Shown here: positions 33,527-44,029 of the stretch, in pieces
How the letters are laid out: every line of letters starts with the position of its first letter
Numbering within the stretch: position 1 is the first letter of the stretch
NCBI GenBank assembly: GCA_023229135.1
Contig: JALNZT010000006.1
Coordinates: 1,996-65,995 of the forward strand
Length of the DNA stretch: 64,000 nucleotides
Source of the DNA: Bacteroidales bacterium
GTDB lineage: Bacteria > Bacteroidota > Bacteroidia > Bacteroidales > F082
Reading direction: 5' to 3'
The notes under the pieces: model-generated
Seen by the model: the letters and a program-made list of their open reading frames with translations, nothing else
What the model was told of the DNA's origin: nothing
Database searches by the model: none
Program-made: the position numbers and the translations under genes

Positions 33527-36500
33527 ATGAAATCAAAGGCTTTTTTGCTGCTTTTTTTACTGCAACTCCTTTTGCAGCCCCTGTTAGCGCAAGATATTAC
33601 TAAAGACAGCCTGCCTCCACGGTGGGAAATATCCGCTGATTACTTTGCACGGTTTACCAAATTTTCTCCTGTCAATTTTCGCGAAATCGGAACTGTAAAT
33701 GATATTGTCCAGGATCGTACCGGCTTTATTTGGCTGGCCGGCGAAAATGGTCTTGGCCGTTTTGATGGCTATGAGTTTAAGATTTATCAGGCTGCTGAAA
33801 GTGAAAACAGCCTTAACGGCAGCCTGATTAGCAGCCTGTTAGTAGATCCAAAGGGTGATTTGTGGCTTGGCCATTCGGGTGGATTATCACGCTACAATAA
33901 GACTGCTGATAATTTTGTAAACCTTTTTGGTGCTTATACGCCTTTCGGGACTTATGCTGACAGCAACTACGTGCGCGCCCTGCTAATGGATGGCGACAGC
34001 TTGATTTGGTTTGAAACTGTCGATGGCTGGTTGCATTCGTATAACTTTGTAAATGAGAGTTATAAAAAGCACGCCAAGCATAGCGCGATCGATCAGCATT
34101 ATTACTTTTATCATGCCTTAGCCCGAAGTATGGATGGCGAATTATACGTAGGCGGCAGGGGAGTAGGGCCTTATGTCTACGATGAGAAATCCGGGAAATT
34201 TGAGATTTTGCCTGTTGATAAAAATGACCTACCTGGTTTTAAGCGTGAGTCTGATGTATCCTTAATTCTGCCTTTTAAGAAAGCGCAAACCTGGATTGGC
34301 AGCCTGGAAGGCCTCTATCTATTCGATAGAAAACGTAATTATTTTGAAATGTATTTTCAAGGTACGGTCTATGATTTTATTTGCGACAGAAATGGCCATC
34401 ATTGGCTGGGAACAGCTAATGGTGCTTTAAAAATAGATATAAAAACCGGTCTGGCTACTCATTATCAGCTTGACAATAATGATCCGGGATCGCTTGGTGG
34501 AGAACGAATTTTTGTTGTGTATGAGGACCGGAGCGGACGCCTGTGGATGGCACATGAAAATGGGGTTTCAACCCATCTTCCTCAGCAAGTTGGATTGAGT
34601 TATATGTTTCATGTTCCCGGTATTGAAAACACGCCGGCTTCTTCACGCATTACCAGCCTGGCCAAGAAATCTGATGATGAAATCTGGATTGGCACTGCCG
34701 ATGAAGGACTTGATTTGATGATGCTGCAAAATATGCAGTTTCAGCATTTTCATCCTGATAATCATTCAGGAGTTTTATCAAAACAGATTAGAAAACTTGT
34801 AAATCATCCTGATGGTACGCTGTACATCGCCTATTGGGCCGGAAAAGGCTTTGGACGCTATTTCAGTGAAAAAAGACTGTTTCAAAACTTTAGATTTGAT
34901 ACTGTAGGATTGACGCAGGACTGGTATAACGATTTTGCTTTTGATAAGGAGGGCGATGTTTATCTTGGTTTTTGGGGTGGCCCGGGACTAACACTTTTTA
35001 GTCATAAAAAGGGCAAATTTGATAAAGTGCTTGCCGGTAAACTTCCTGATGCGTATAATGCCAGGCTGATTACCAGTTTGATTAGCGCCGACAATCAGCT
35101 TTGGATTAGCACCTCTAACTCAGGTTTGATTCGCTACGATAGCGAGAAGGATACAGCAGTTTCGTACTACGCAGAAATTAACCCTAATGGGGGCATTGAT
35201 ACCGATTTAGTGTATGATGTTGCCGCAGATTGCGATAGAAATATTTGGGCAGCTGCTCAGGGACTATACCTATATGATCGCAAACTTGATCGATTTGTAA
35301 AAGTGTCCGGAGGCGTACGTTTTAATCAACTGCAAACCTATAGAATCAGTGCTGACAACCAAAATAACTTATGGTTGCTAACTTCTAAAGGACTGATGAA
35401 ATATGACGCAAAAAACGGGATTACAACGGATTACAGTATGCTTGTGGATATTAGTTTCAATTCAAACCAAGCCGCTATTTTACAACTCGATAGCACAAAA
35501 ATACTCATCGGTGGAGCCAATGGAATGGCCTTGATTGAAACTGATAAACTTGGTTTTAAGCACCGTTTTCCAAAGGTTTTTTTAACGCATCTCGATGTTT
35601 TTAATGAAGTTTATATTCCGTTTATACACAATTGTGAAGTCGTTAAGCTGGCATATAATCAAAACTTTTTCACCATAAATTTTGGTACAGACTGCTGGGA
35701 ATCATCTAACCTTTATACCTATTACTACAAACTGGAAGGCTTTGATGACCGCTGGCATAGTTTAACGTCTGAACAGCGTTCTGTTTACTTCACCAATGTT
35801 CCGGCGGGCAGCTACCTGTTTAAAATGCGTACCGGCGATGCTTATGGCAACAGAGGCGAGCAGGAGGCCAGCCTGAAAATTGAAGTTGTTGGTCCCTGGT
35901 GGAAGCAGTGGTGGTTTATCACTTTTGTAGCCATGTTCGTAATTTCTATTGTCCTCATGCTCTGGATCGTACGCCTACGCGATGTGAAAATGAAGTTGCT
36001 AAATATAGAGCTGAATCAAAAACTACTTCGTCTGCAAATGAATCCGCATTTTATTTTTAACTCACTCACCTCTATTCAGAGTTATATTTATTCCAATCAA
36101 AAACACCTCGCCGGACAGTATCTCTCCGATTTCGCTCGTTTAATCAGGCTGATTTTAGAAAATAGCCGCCATGAACGCATAAATCTCGAAAAAGAAATTG
36201 AGACGATCAGTTTGTATATGGAACTCCAACAATTGCGCTTTACGAATAGGTTCAGTTTCGAGGTTATCGTGGATACTGCCATTGACAAAGAAATAACTTT
36301 CGTTCCTCCCATGATGGTGCAGCCGTTTTTGGAAAACGCCTTGGAGCATGGCCTTAAAAATAAAACCGATGGCATCGGTAGAATTCAGGTGAAGTATTCG
36401 CTGCTTAAAAACAGTCTGCAATATGAAGTAAGAGATAATGGCGTTGGGCTTGCTATGGCAGCTCAGCAGAGCAAGTTGCACAAAGGCGAATCCCTTTCCA

Positions 36501-36658
36501 TAGCGATATGTAAGGAAAGGTTACAACTGATAGAAAAACAATCAAATATAAAGATTAATTTTATTATTGAGGAAATTATAGAAAACGGTAGTGTGAAAGG
36601 TACACGTGTAGTGTTTAGCGTTCCGCTAACTGGAAAATTCACAGGACAAACCAATTGA
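33527..36658 (+). CDS. sensor histidine kinase with a large periplasmic beta-propeller-repeat/Y_Y_Y-type domain and a LytS-type kinase core
   Basis: 1043-aa ORF with a signal peptide and repeated W..T..GL..YD propeller-like units. One TM (WWFITFVAMFVISIVLMLWIV) is followed by LRLQMNPHFIFNSLTSIQ (LytS/YehU-type His box) and an HATPase N-box (FLENALEHG). Confidence 0.8.
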   Translation: MKSKAFLLLFLLQLLLQPLLAQDITKDSLPPRWEISADYFARFTKFSPVNFREIGTVNDIVQDRTGFIWLAGENGLGRFDGYEFKIYQAAESENSLNGSLISSLLVDPKGDLWLGHSGGLSRYNKTADNFVNLFGAYTPFGTYADSNYVRALLMDGDSLIWFETVDGWLHSYNFVNESYKKHAKHSAIDQHYYFYHALARSMDGELYVGGRGVGPYVYDEKSGKFEILPVDKNDLPGFKRESDVSLILPFKKAQTWIGSLEGLYLFDRKRNYFEMYFQGTVYDFICDRNGHHWLGTANGALKIDIKTGLATHYQLDNNDPGSLGGERIFVVYEDRSGRLWMAHENGVSTHLPQQVGLSYMFHVPGIENTPASSRITSLAKKSDDEIWIGTADEGLDLMMLQNMQFQHFHPDNHSGVLSKQIRKLVNHPDGTLYIAYWAGKGFGRYFSEKRLFQNFRFDTVGLTQDWYNDFAFDKEGDVYLGFWGGPGLTLFSHKKGKFDKVLAGKLPDAYNARLITSLISADNQLWISTSNSGLIRYDSEKDTAVSYYAEINPNGGIDTDLVYDVAADCDRNIWAAAQGLYLYDRKLDRFVKVSGGVRFNQLQTYRISADNQNNLWLLTSKGLMKYDAKNGITTDYSMLVDISFNSNQAAILQLDSTKILIGGANGMALIETDKLGFKHRFPKVFLTHLDVFNEVYIPFIHNCEVVKLAYNQNFFTINFGTDCWESSNLYTYYYKLEGFDDRWHSLTSEQRSVYFTNVPAGSYLFKMRTGDAYGNRGEQEASLKIEVVGPWWKQWWFITFVAMFVISIVLMLWIVRLRDVKMKLLNIELNQKLLRLQMNPHFIFNSLTSIQSYIYSNQKHLAGQYLSDFARLIRLILENSRHERINLEKEIETISLYMELQQLRFTNRFSFEVIVDTAIDKEITFVPPMMVQPFLENALEHGLKNKTDGIGRIQVKYSLLKNSLQYEVRDNGVGLAMAAQQSKLHKGESLSIAICKERLQLIEKQSNIKINFIIEEIIENGSVKGTRVVFSVPLTGKFTGQTN

Positions 36659-36660
36659 TT

Positions 36661-37416
36661 ATGAGACCAAAAGCATTGATAGTGGACGATGAGGAAAGCG
36701 CCAGAAAAGCGCTTGCGAATATGCTGGAATATTATTGCAAAGAAATAGAAGTAGTAGCAACCGCAGCTAATATTTCCGAAGCTTATGACCAGATCAAAAC
36801 ATTAAATCCGGCAGTGGTTTTTTTAGACATTCAAATGCCCGGCGGCAATGGGTTTGATTTATTGAAAAAATACCGCCAAATACCTTTTAAAGTAATTTTC
36901 GTTACGGCCTACGACCAGTTTGCGCTCAGAGCCCTCAAGTTAAGTGCTATTGATTACCTGCTTAAACCACTAAGTCCGCGCGAGTTGATAAAAGCTGTAG
37001 AAAAACTTGGGCAGCAGTTAGAGGTAGAAGAGCGTTTTGATCAGCAGCTTAACGCTTTGGAAGACAATATGAAGACCGAAAGACGGCAAAAGAAAATTAT
37101 TCTTAATACTTCCGGTAATATGTATGTGCTTCGAGTAGACGATATTATCAGATGCGAAGCCGACGAAAACTATACGCGTATTATCGACCTTAAAGGTAAA
37201 GCAATTTTGGTCGCAAAAACCCTTAAAGAATTTGATGAATTGCTTTCGCCCCTTGGCTTTTGCCGGATTCACCAATCGCATCTGATAAACCTCGATCATG
37301 TACTCAGTTATGAAAAAGGTACAGGAGGCATGATTGTGCTATCAAACAAAGAGCGGCTTCCTGTATCGGGCAGGCGAAAGGATTTTTTCCTGAACAGCCT
37401 GCGTAACCATTTGTAG
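36661..37416 (+). CDS. LytTR-family response regulator
   Basis: Receiver domain (ALIVDDEESARKAL..VFLDIQMPGGNGFDL..KP) plus a C-terminal LytTR-like domain (IIRCEADENYTRI..FCRIHQSHLINL). I prefer ATG 36661 over the TTG at 36655. Confidence 0.88.
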   Translation: MRPKALIVDDEESARKALANMLEYYCKEIEVVATAANISEAYDQIKTLNPAVVFLDIQMPGGNGFDLLKKYRQIPFKVIFVTAYDQFALRALKLSAIDYLLKPLSPRELIKAVEKLGQQLEVEERFDQQLNALEDNMKTERRQKKIILNTSGNMYVLRVDDIIRCEADENYTRIIDLKGKAILVAKTLKEFDELLSPLGFCRIHQSHLINLDHVLSYEKGTGGMIVLSNKERLPVSGRRKDFFLNSLRNHL

Positions 37417-37537
37417 CTTTTCAAATACTAACTCAATCATAGCGCTTAATCAGTTTTTGGTTTCAATTGTCATTTTAAATTGACTTTAAGGTGTTTGCTG
37501 TTGTAGATTGCTGCATATCACTTAAAATCATATCCAA

Positions 37538-37957
37538 ATGAAAACAAAAAACGTACTTTTAGCACTCGGTCTTATGCTGATGGCAGTTGTCGTTACAACC
37601 TCCTCATGCAAAAAGAAAGACGATCCGGAACCGGCTCCAGCTCCAGCAGCTTATACGCCGTCTTTTTCTGCCACATCAATTGCCATTGATGCAACTACTA
37701 TCGATTTTTATATCACCTGCGTATCAGATGATTATGAATTGATTAAAGTAGAAGTAAAATCTCCTGGCGCCTTGCAGGACGACACTTATCTGGGAAATGC
37801 CATGCTGTTGATTAGAGGAGAACCGATCACTTTTCCCAATTATTTTCTAAGAACCTCCGGAAACTGGACTTTTATTGTTACCGGAACCATCAGGAGCGGT
37901 GCTAATATTGGCACTTCTTTTACGGTCTCATGCAGTGTTAGTGTAGGCGGTAAATAG
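37538..37957 (+). CDS. small lipoprotein, unknown function
   Basis: 139-aa ORF with lipobox VVTTSSCKKKD. Confidence 0.6.
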   Translation: MKTKNVLLALGLMLMAVVVTTSSCKKKDDPEPAPAPAAYTPSFSATSIAIDATTIDFYITCVSDDYELIKVEVKSPGALQDDTYLGNAMLLIRGEPITFPNYFLRTSGNWTFIVTGTIRSGANIGTSFTVSCSVSVGGK

Positions 37958-37997
37958 TTATTTAGGTTCGTTTTTTCATCTGTTGAATGATACTAAT

Positions 37998-38459
37998 ATG
38001 TCAAAATTTTATATGCTTGCTATTTTGGCTTTCCTATGTTTAATTGAGGCATGCGGTCATCAATCAACAGATGAAAATTTCCCTTCTGACGTTGTCTTTT
38101 ATATGGAAATAAAGGATGGCAGCGGTAAACAAGTTAGTTCTAAAACAATCGAGAAATATCAACTTCTTGATAATGCCTTAAACCTCAGTGTGCTTAATGA
38201 TGAATTGGCAGGCAAGGTTATTTTTAAAATTTCGCTCGAACCTTTTTCAGGATCGGCAACCTACGAACTGGGGCCAAACCATAAACACAAATGTGAGCTT
38301 ATTGTACAAGGATCAACCGATGAATTTTACAAATGTACCTCCGGGACTTTTACCGTGGAAAAAGCTGAGGAAAAACAGTTAATAGCTGATTTCGAAATTG
38401 TGGTCGAAGGCTTTTACAACAAAAAAATCATTCATGCCCAGGGAAGGGTACGTTTGTAG
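37998..38459 (+). CDS. small lipoprotein, unknown function
   Basis: ATG 37998 gives MSKFYMLAILAFLCLIEACGHQ (lipobox). The track start at 37983 is a TTG. Confidence 0.6.
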   Translation: MSKFYMLAILAFLCLIEACGHQSTDENFPSDVVFYMEIKDGSGKQVSSKTIEKYQLLDNALNLSVLNDELAGKVIFKISLEPFSGSATYELGPNHKHKCELIVQGSTDEFYKCTSGTFTVEKAEEKQLIADFEIVVEGFYNKKIIHAQGRVRL

Positions 38460-38483
38460 TTTTCTCGTTTGATGTGAGCAGCT

Positions 38484-38507
38484 GAAGCCGGCCTAATGGT
38501 CGGCTTC
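38484..38507 (+). terminator. hairpin gaagccg-N10-cggcttc followed by a T-rich stretch
   Basis: It lies 25 nt after the stop of 37998-38459 and is followed by gctgtttatatt. Confidence 0.5.
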
Positions 38508-38680
38508 GCTGTTTATATTAGTAAATAAACAGAAGGTTTTTTTAGACAAAAGCAAAATTGCTTAAAAACTAAAACATTTCGATATCAAAGGGCATAAGCA
38601 ATAACCCATGGTATTTTTTAAAGCAGGAGGCTAAAAAATATATTCTATATTAAAAAAAGTCAGAAAAATAATGTTTTATC

Positions 38681-39361
38681 TTAATTATAATTTCGTCTTG
38701 ATTTTTTTGTGTCTAATTGCTGATTTTCAAAAGTCATAACTTGATTTCCTTTGGACTCTGGATATGTTAACAACATGGTTTGTGCACAATTTAATTGGCC
38801 GTTGTATGTTTCATCTGTTGGGGTAAACAAGTATCCACTCAATTGTAAAACCCTTATTGTATATGATCCCTTTGGTATGTAATATAGCGATTTTGATGTT
38901 CCACCATCCATGTCAAGTATAAAATCACCATTAACATAAACTCGATAAGGATTACTTGATTTATTCGTAAATTTTAGAATTCCTGTGCATGTAAGAATTA
39001 CATTGTGAATGTTGTTTATGTTTTTCGTTAGAGGAGAAGTAGTCGAAATGGAACCATTAACATTGTTATAAAAATGTTTTTCAACAAAAAAATAATACTT
39101 AATATCCGTCAAATCAATAAACCTTACTACACCTGCATCATTTGAGATTTGAGTTTCCCCAATTTGATCTGTTATGTTTTCCCAATCGTCCTTTGAAGAG
39201 TATAATTCAACCCGCGCATCAGTTACTATATTTCCAATGTCGTCCCTTATAATAAGCTCTAAACTTGTTGTTACTGGTAATTTTTCATCCTCTTTTTTTT
39301 TACATGAACTAAGGGTAGTCAGACCAATCAATGCTGCTAGTATAAGTGTGAATTTTTTCAT
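38681..39361 (-). CDS. lipoprotein with a carboxypeptidase-regulatory-like N-terminal segment, unknown function
   Basis: ATG 39361 gives MKKFTLILAALIGLTTLSSCKKKE. The segment LELIIRDDIGNIVTDARVELYSS resembles CarboxypepD_reg-type beta-sandwich starts. Confidence 0.55.
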   Translation of the reverse strand: MKKFTLILAALIGLTTLSSCKKKEDEKLPVTTSLELIIRDDIGNIVTDARVELYSSKDDWENITDQIGETQISNDAGVVRFIDLTDIKYYFFVEKHFYNNVNGSISTTSPLTKNINNIHNVILTCTGILKFTNKSSNPYRVYVNGDFILDMDGGTSKSLYYIPKGSYTIRVLQLSGYLFTPTDETYNGQLNCAQTMLLTYPESKGNQVMTFENQQLDTKKSRRNYN

Positions 39362-39566
39362 AATTAAAAATGGTTGTTTCAATTCAGTAAAATTAGAGCG
39401 TAAATTTATGAATATTAATCTTATTGAGCTAAATGTTTTCTAAAACATTTTGGTTTTAACAACGATTTATCAAAAACTCAACAACCAATAGTCATAATTA
39501 TCATATAGAGTTTAAAGCCCTACTTATGATAGCACATAATTGTATTTTTGCATCCAAAGAAAAACG

Positions 39567-40340
39567 ATGGATTTGGAACAAGATCAGCTGCGCGAATTTT
39601 TGGATGCTAAAGTGAAGCAGTATAATAGACCATTTTTTATCGAATCGGATCCCATTTCTATTCCGCACCGCTTTCACACGAAAGAGGATATTGAAATTGC
39701 CGGATTTCTAACGGCAATAATTTCCTGGGGTAACAGGGTTTCTATCCTGAAAAACGCTTCGCGAATGATGGATTTAATGGGTAATAATCCGTATGATTTC
39801 GTGATGAATCACCAAGAAACTGATCTCAAACGAATGGAAGGTTTTGTGCATCGCACCTTCAATTCCAGTGATTTAATTGTTTTTATTATTGCCTTAAAAC
39901 AACTATACGCCACCCAAAATGGTTTGGAAGGCATTTTCAATACCTATAAAACAGAGGATTCTTTGCAGCCTGCAATTCATCATTTGAAGCAGCTGTTTTT
40001 CACAGTGCCACACTTGCCCCGAACGCGAAAACATGTTTCGGATCCTTATGCTGGTTCAGCTGCAAAGCGCATCAATATGTTTTTGCGCTGGATGGTGCGA
40101 AGTGACGATGCCGGCGTTGATTTTGGAATCTGGAAAACGATTTCGCCAGCTATTTTATCCTGTCCACTCGATGTGCATTCGGGCAATGTTGCCAGGAAGT
40201 TAGGCCTGCTGAGCAACAAACAAAACAACGCCAAAGCCGTACACGAACTTGATCAGGCATTGCGCCAATTAGATCCTGATGATCCTGTAAAATATGATTA
40301 CGCTTTGTTTGGTTTGGGGGTTTTTGAGAAGCTGAGGTAG
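39567..40340 (+). CDS. TIGR02757/DUF2400-family protein
   Basis: MDLEQDQLREFLD..FIESDPISIPHRF..ISWGNR motifs, as I remember them for this widely conserved Bacteroidota family. The track start at 39540 is a TTG. Confidence 0.6.
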   Translation: MDLEQDQLREFLDAKVKQYNRPFFIESDPISIPHRFHTKEDIEIAGFLTAIISWGNRVSILKNASRMMDLMGNNPYDFVMNHQETDLKRMEGFVHRTFNSSDLIVFIIALKQLYATQNGLEGIFNTYKTEDSLQPAIHHLKQLFFTVPHLPRTRKHVSDPYAGSAAKRINMFLRWMVRSDDAGVDFGIWKTISPAILSCPLDVHSGNVARKLGLLSNKQNNAKAVHELDQALRQLDPDDPVKYDYALFGLGVFEKLR

Positions 40341-40367
40341 TTGCTACAAAGAAAAAGGACAATAGCT

Positions 40368-40658
40368 ATGGATACTAAAAGTTGGAAGGACATAAAAGAT
40401 AGCGTTTACGGTGAAAAAGGAACTGAACGCAGAGACGAACTGGAAAGAGATTTTGAATCTTTTAAAATTGGTACGCTAATACGAAAAGCCAAGGAAGAAA
40501 AAAAGCTAACGCAAGAGCAACTGGGTGATTTGATTGACAAAAAGCGAACTTATATCTCCCGTGTCGAAAATGATGGAAGCAATATCACCTTGAAAACCCT
40601 TTTCGATATCGTTGAGAAAGGCCTTGGAGGAAAGGTGAATATTTCAATTGAGGTTTAG
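40368..40658 (+). CDS. XRE-family helix-turn-helix transcriptional regulator
   Basis: IRKAKEEKKLTQEQLGDLIDKKRTYISRVENDGSNITLKTLFDIV is a classic HTH_XRE pattern. Confidence 0.75.
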   Translation: MDTKSWKDIKDSVYGEKGTERRDELERDFESFKIGTLIRKAKEEKKLTQEQLGDLIDKKRTYISRVENDGSNITLKTLFDIVEKGLGGKVNISIEV

Positions 40659-40731
40659 CTGGATAGCTTAATTCATTGAATGTTAATGAAATAATCATTG
40701 CTCTTATTTTTTGTTTTACAAGAAGATTACC

Positions 40732-41295
40732 TTATTCTTCCTTTATCAAATCCGTATTCAGCTTCAGGATCACAATATTCGGCTCGTGTTTTTTAAATCT
40801 TTCAGTCACTTTTTTAATCAAATTCCTGCCCGGAATTCCTGTGTAGGTTGCCCAGTAAATCACGGCAACGGCTTGCGAATTTTCAAGTTTTGGTATAGTT
40901 GTTTGTATCAGTTCAAGCTCGTCCTGAAGCCGGTAACTGCTGTCGATAGCGGTGATGTTTCGTGGTGGAAACTGTGTTTCAATGGCCGTATTTTTCAAGC
41001 TGCCTTCGCAGGAACTGTATTGAAATACCAATTGTCCGTCAGCATCAAAAAGTTTGCATTGTATAGGCCGAAAACCGGCTTCCCAACCCGGCTTGAAAGG
41101 CTGGCTTTTTAGTAGTTCAAAAGCTTCAGGTTTTATAAACACCGTGTTTGTGGTGTCAATATCATGTTTCTGCAAATACGCCAATACTTCTGTTCTGGTC
41201 TTTTTTTCCGGATTTTTAATGCCTAAAATAGAAGCGCAACTGCTGAAAATAGTGAGTAAAACGAAATACAGAGCAAGGCGTGTTATAGTTTTCAT
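40732..41295 (-). CDS. lipoprotein, unknown function
   Basis: The internal ATG at 41295 gives MKTITRLALYFVLLTIFSSCAS. I regard the overlapping plus-strand ORF 40711-41112 as a shadow ORF. Confidence 0.6.
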   Translation of the reverse strand: MKTITRLALYFVLLTIFSSCASILGIKNPEKKTRTEVLAYLQKHDIDTTNTVFIKPEAFELLKSQPFKPGWEAGFRPIQCKLFDADGQLVFQYSSCEGSLKNTAIETQFPPRNITAIDSSYRLQDELELIQTTIPKLENSQAVAVIYWATYTGIPGRNLIKKVTERFKKHEPNIVILKLNTDLIKEE

Positions 41296-41486
41296 TTCCG
41301 TAATGTTTTTCGGTTCATGCGGGTTAACAATAGCTTGCATAGCCAGCTCAAATGTAGTAAAAAATAATCACGCTTGCCTATTCTTGAGAAGCCTTGTCCT
41401 GAAATATGTTTATGGGTTTACTGGTTCACGGTATTAGACTTCTGAACTCGTCAACTCTTGAATCCGTAAACTTTTAAATAATTCAC

Positions 41487-41518
41487 AAAAAAAACCTTCC
41501 ACTTTTCAGGGGAAGGTT
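41487..41518 (-). terminator. rho-independent terminator after the oxidoreductase operon
   Basis: The minus strand reads aaccttcc-cctgaaaagt-ggaaggtt followed by ttttttgtg. Confidence 0.7.
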
Positions 41519-41540
41519 TGGGGTTTGGTTTTTGGTTACA

Positions 41541-42095
41541 CTAATTTAATTCGTGAAAGGCTTTAACATTTTTAAGTCCACTATTGATTGCGTCTTCATT
41601 TAGTGGGATTAGTTTGTGGTAGCGTTCGGGCAATGATTCTTTCAGGCCCAGAATTACATTTTCCATTTTCACAATGGGTTTTATCTTCAGGTAGGCACCT
41701 AACACTATCATATTGAATATTTTAGCATTCCCCATTTCGGAGGCTAAATGAGAAGCTTCAACCTGGTAAATATTGATGTCCTTTCTTGTAGGATGTCGGA
41801 TGATTCCGTTGGGGTCGTACAACAAAACGCCACCTGGTCTGACAGACTTTTCAAACTTATCCATTGATTGCTGATTAAGTATGATAGCGCTGTCAAAGAT
41901 TGTTAAGATGGGCGAGCTGATTCTTTCATCACTAACGATAACGATAACGTTGGCAGTTCCGCCACGCATTTCAGGGCCGTAACTGGGCATCCAGCTCACT
42001 TCCTGGTCTTGCATTATACCGCTGTACGCCAGTATCTTACCCATTGAAAGAACACCTTGTCCACCAAATCCGGCTATGATTAATTCTTCTGTCAT
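41541..42095 (-). CDS. 2-oxoacid:ferredoxin oxidoreductase, gamma subunit
   Basis: 184-aa ORF with the N-terminus IIAGFGGQGVLSMGKILA typical of gamma subunits. It is the last gene of a four-gene delta-alpha-beta-gamma operon. Confidence 0.85.
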   Translation of the reverse strand: MTEELIIAGFGGQGVLSMGKILAYSGIMQDQEVSWMPSYGPEMRGGTANVIVIVSDERISSPILTIFDSAIILNQQSMDKFEKSVRPGGVLLYDPNGIIRHPTRKDINIYQVEASHLASEMGNAKIFNMIVLGAYLKIKPIVKMENVILGLKESLPERYHKLIPLNEDAINSGLKNVKAFHELN

Positions 42096-42121
42096 TTTGT
42101 AATTTTTTAAAAATTCAACAA

Positions 42122-42907
42122 TTAAATCAACTTACCGTCAACTTTGATGTCGCCTAATGGGAAGAAAGGAAACATATTTTCTTCCATCCATTTATTGGAG
42201 TCGTTCGGGGTCATTTTCCAGCCTGAGTTGCAGTTGGAAACAATTTCCACGAAAGACACGCCCGGCTTTCCGTCGCGCTGATTTTCAAAAGCCATTTTAA
42301 TAGCTTTTTTGGCTCTTCTAACAAAGCGTGGGGTGTGAACAGCATGTCGGGTAACAAAATGGGTTCCCGGGAGTTGTGCAACCAGTTCTGTTATTTTCAA
42401 TGGATTTCCCATCGTTTTAACGTCGCGGCCATAAGGTGATGTGGACGATATCATACCTGGAATGGTAGTTGGAGCCATTTGGCCTCCGGTCATCCCGTAG
42501 ATTCCGTTATTGATAAAAATAATTACAATATTTTCGCCACGGTTGCAGGCATGAATGGTTTCGTTGGTGCCAATGGCAGCCAGGTCGCCATCACCCTGAT
42601 AGGTGAAAACGATTTTGTTGGGCCAAACACGTTTTATGGCAGTGGCAACTGCGGGAGCGCGTCCGTGAGCAGCCTGCTGCATGTCGATATTCATAAATTC
42701 GTAGGCCAATACCGAGCAGCCCACTGGTGCTACACCTATAGTGTTTTCTTCCATACCCAGTTCCTCAATAACCTCCATGACAATGCGATGTGCTGTTCCG
42801 TGGCCGCAACCAGGACAATAGCTCAATACATTGTCGGTCATGAGTTCTGTTTTGACATAAACCCTGTTTTCGGGTTTAATGATATCTTCTAATGTGATCT
42901 CAGCCAT
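42122..42907 (-). CDS. 2-oxoacid:ferredoxin oxidoreductase, beta (TPP-binding) subunit
   Basis: 261-aa ORF with CPGCGHG and the GDGD..A.G TPP motif (YQGDGDLAAIGTNE). Confidence 0.88.
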   Translation of the reverse strand: MAEITLEDIIKPENRVYVKTELMTDNVLSYCPGCGHGTAHRIVMEVIEELGMEENTIGVAPVGCSVLAYEFMNIDMQQAAHGRAPAVATAIKRVWPNKIVFTYQGDGDLAAIGTNETIHACNRGENIVIIFINNGIYGMTGGQMAPTTIPGMISSTSPYGRDVKTMGNPLKITELVAQLPGTHFVTRHAVHTPRFVRRAKKAIKMAFENQRDGKPGVSFVEIVSNCNSGWKMTPNDSNKWMEENMFPFFPLGDIKVDGKLI

Positions 42908-42910
42908 AGC

Positions 42911-43996
42911 TTAACCTCCTATAATTTTTTGTTCCATTGCCTCTAATACTTCTTCCGGCGTATGCACGATGCCGCCATATCTTCCATAGTGCTCTACTTT
43001 AGCACAGCCTTTCACGGCTAAATGCACATCTTCAACCATTTGTCCGGCACTCATTTCTACGGCTAAAAAGCCTTTCATGCCTTTACTGCACATTTCTTGA
43101 ATTTGTTTAGTAGGGAAGGGGAACAGTGTGATTAGTCTGAAAAGACCTACTTTTAGTCCTTTAGCACGTGCCAGCCTTACTGCTTTTTGCGCAATGCGGG
43201 CACTTGAACCGTAAGCTACAAAAACATATTCTGCATCTTCGCAATCGATCAGCTCAAAGCGAACTTCCTTTTCGGAGATTTCCTTGTACTTCTTTTGAAG
43301 CTTGATATTATGCTGCTCCATTTCATTGCTATCCAGATAGAGGGAAGTAATGATACGCCTTTCTGTGCCATGCTTTTTGCCTGTTGTGGCCCAAGGATAT
43401 TTTTCTTTGATTTCTTCTTCTGTAAGCCGTGGAATGGGTTCAAAAAGCTTAACTTTTTCCATCATTTGGCCGATAACGCCGTCTGACAGAATCAAGACAG
43501 GGATACGGTATTTAAAAGCCAAATCAAATCCATCTCTCACAAAATCAGACATTTCCTGCACTGATGCTGGAGCTAATACGATTTGCCTGTAGTCGCCATG
43601 GCCACCGCCCTTAGTGCTTTGGAAATAATCGGCCTGCGAAGGTTGGATTGTTCCAAGTCCCGGGCCGCCACGCACCACGTTGGCATATACACAGGGCAAT
43701 TCCGCTCCGGCAATATAAGAGATTCCTTCCAGCTTCAGGCTCACGCCCGGACTCGAGGAAGAGGTCATAACTTTTTTGCCGGCACCAGCTGCACCGTAAA
43801 CCATATTGATAGCCGCAATTTCACTTTCGGCCTGTAAAACCACCATTCCCGTTCTTTCAAAAGGCTTTTCTGCCATCAGGTATTCAATTACCTCTGACTG
43901 GGGGGTGATAGGGTATCCAAAATAAGCGTCGGCTCCGGCTCTTATGGCGGCTTCGGCTAAGGCTTCGTTACCCTTCATGAGTTTTAATTCGCTCAT
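42911..43996 (-). CDS. 2-oxoacid:ferredoxin oxidoreductase, alpha subunit (VorB/KorA-like)
   Basis: 361-aa ORF with MKGNEALAEAAIRAGADAYFGYPITPQSE. Confidence 0.88.
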   Translation of the reverse strand: MSELKLMKGNEALAEAAIRAGADAYFGYPITPQSEVIEYLMAEKPFERTGMVVLQAESEIAAINMVYGAAGAGKKVMTSSSSPGVSLKLEGISYIAGAELPCVYANVVRGGPGLGTIQPSQADYFQSTKGGGHGDYRQIVLAPASVQEMSDFVRDGFDLAFKYRIPVLILSDGVIGQMMEKVKLFEPIPRLTEEEIKEKYPWATTGKKHGTERRIITSLYLDSNEMEQHNIKLQKKYKEISEKEVRFELIDCEDAEYVFVAYGSSARIAQKAVRLARAKGLKVGLFRLITLFPFPTKQIQEMCSKGMKGFLAVEMSAGQMVEDVHLAVKGCAKVEHYGRYGGIVHTPEEVLEAMEQKIIGG

Positions 43997-44029
43997 TATG
44001 CTATTTTTTTATTGTTTGACAATGTACTG

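Noticed and set aside
33527-37416. LytS-type kinase/LytTR regulator as the quorum-sensing controller of the peptide cassettes (LytTR regulators classically control bacteriocin operons; phased CAGT repeats lie upstream of the module promoters)
   Set aside because: The pair is separated from the island by the core genes recN and fabI. The kinase has a typical Bacteroidota propeller sensor, and the repeat similarity to LytTR boxes is only 4-5 nt. This is worth a motif test but is not supportable from sequence alone.
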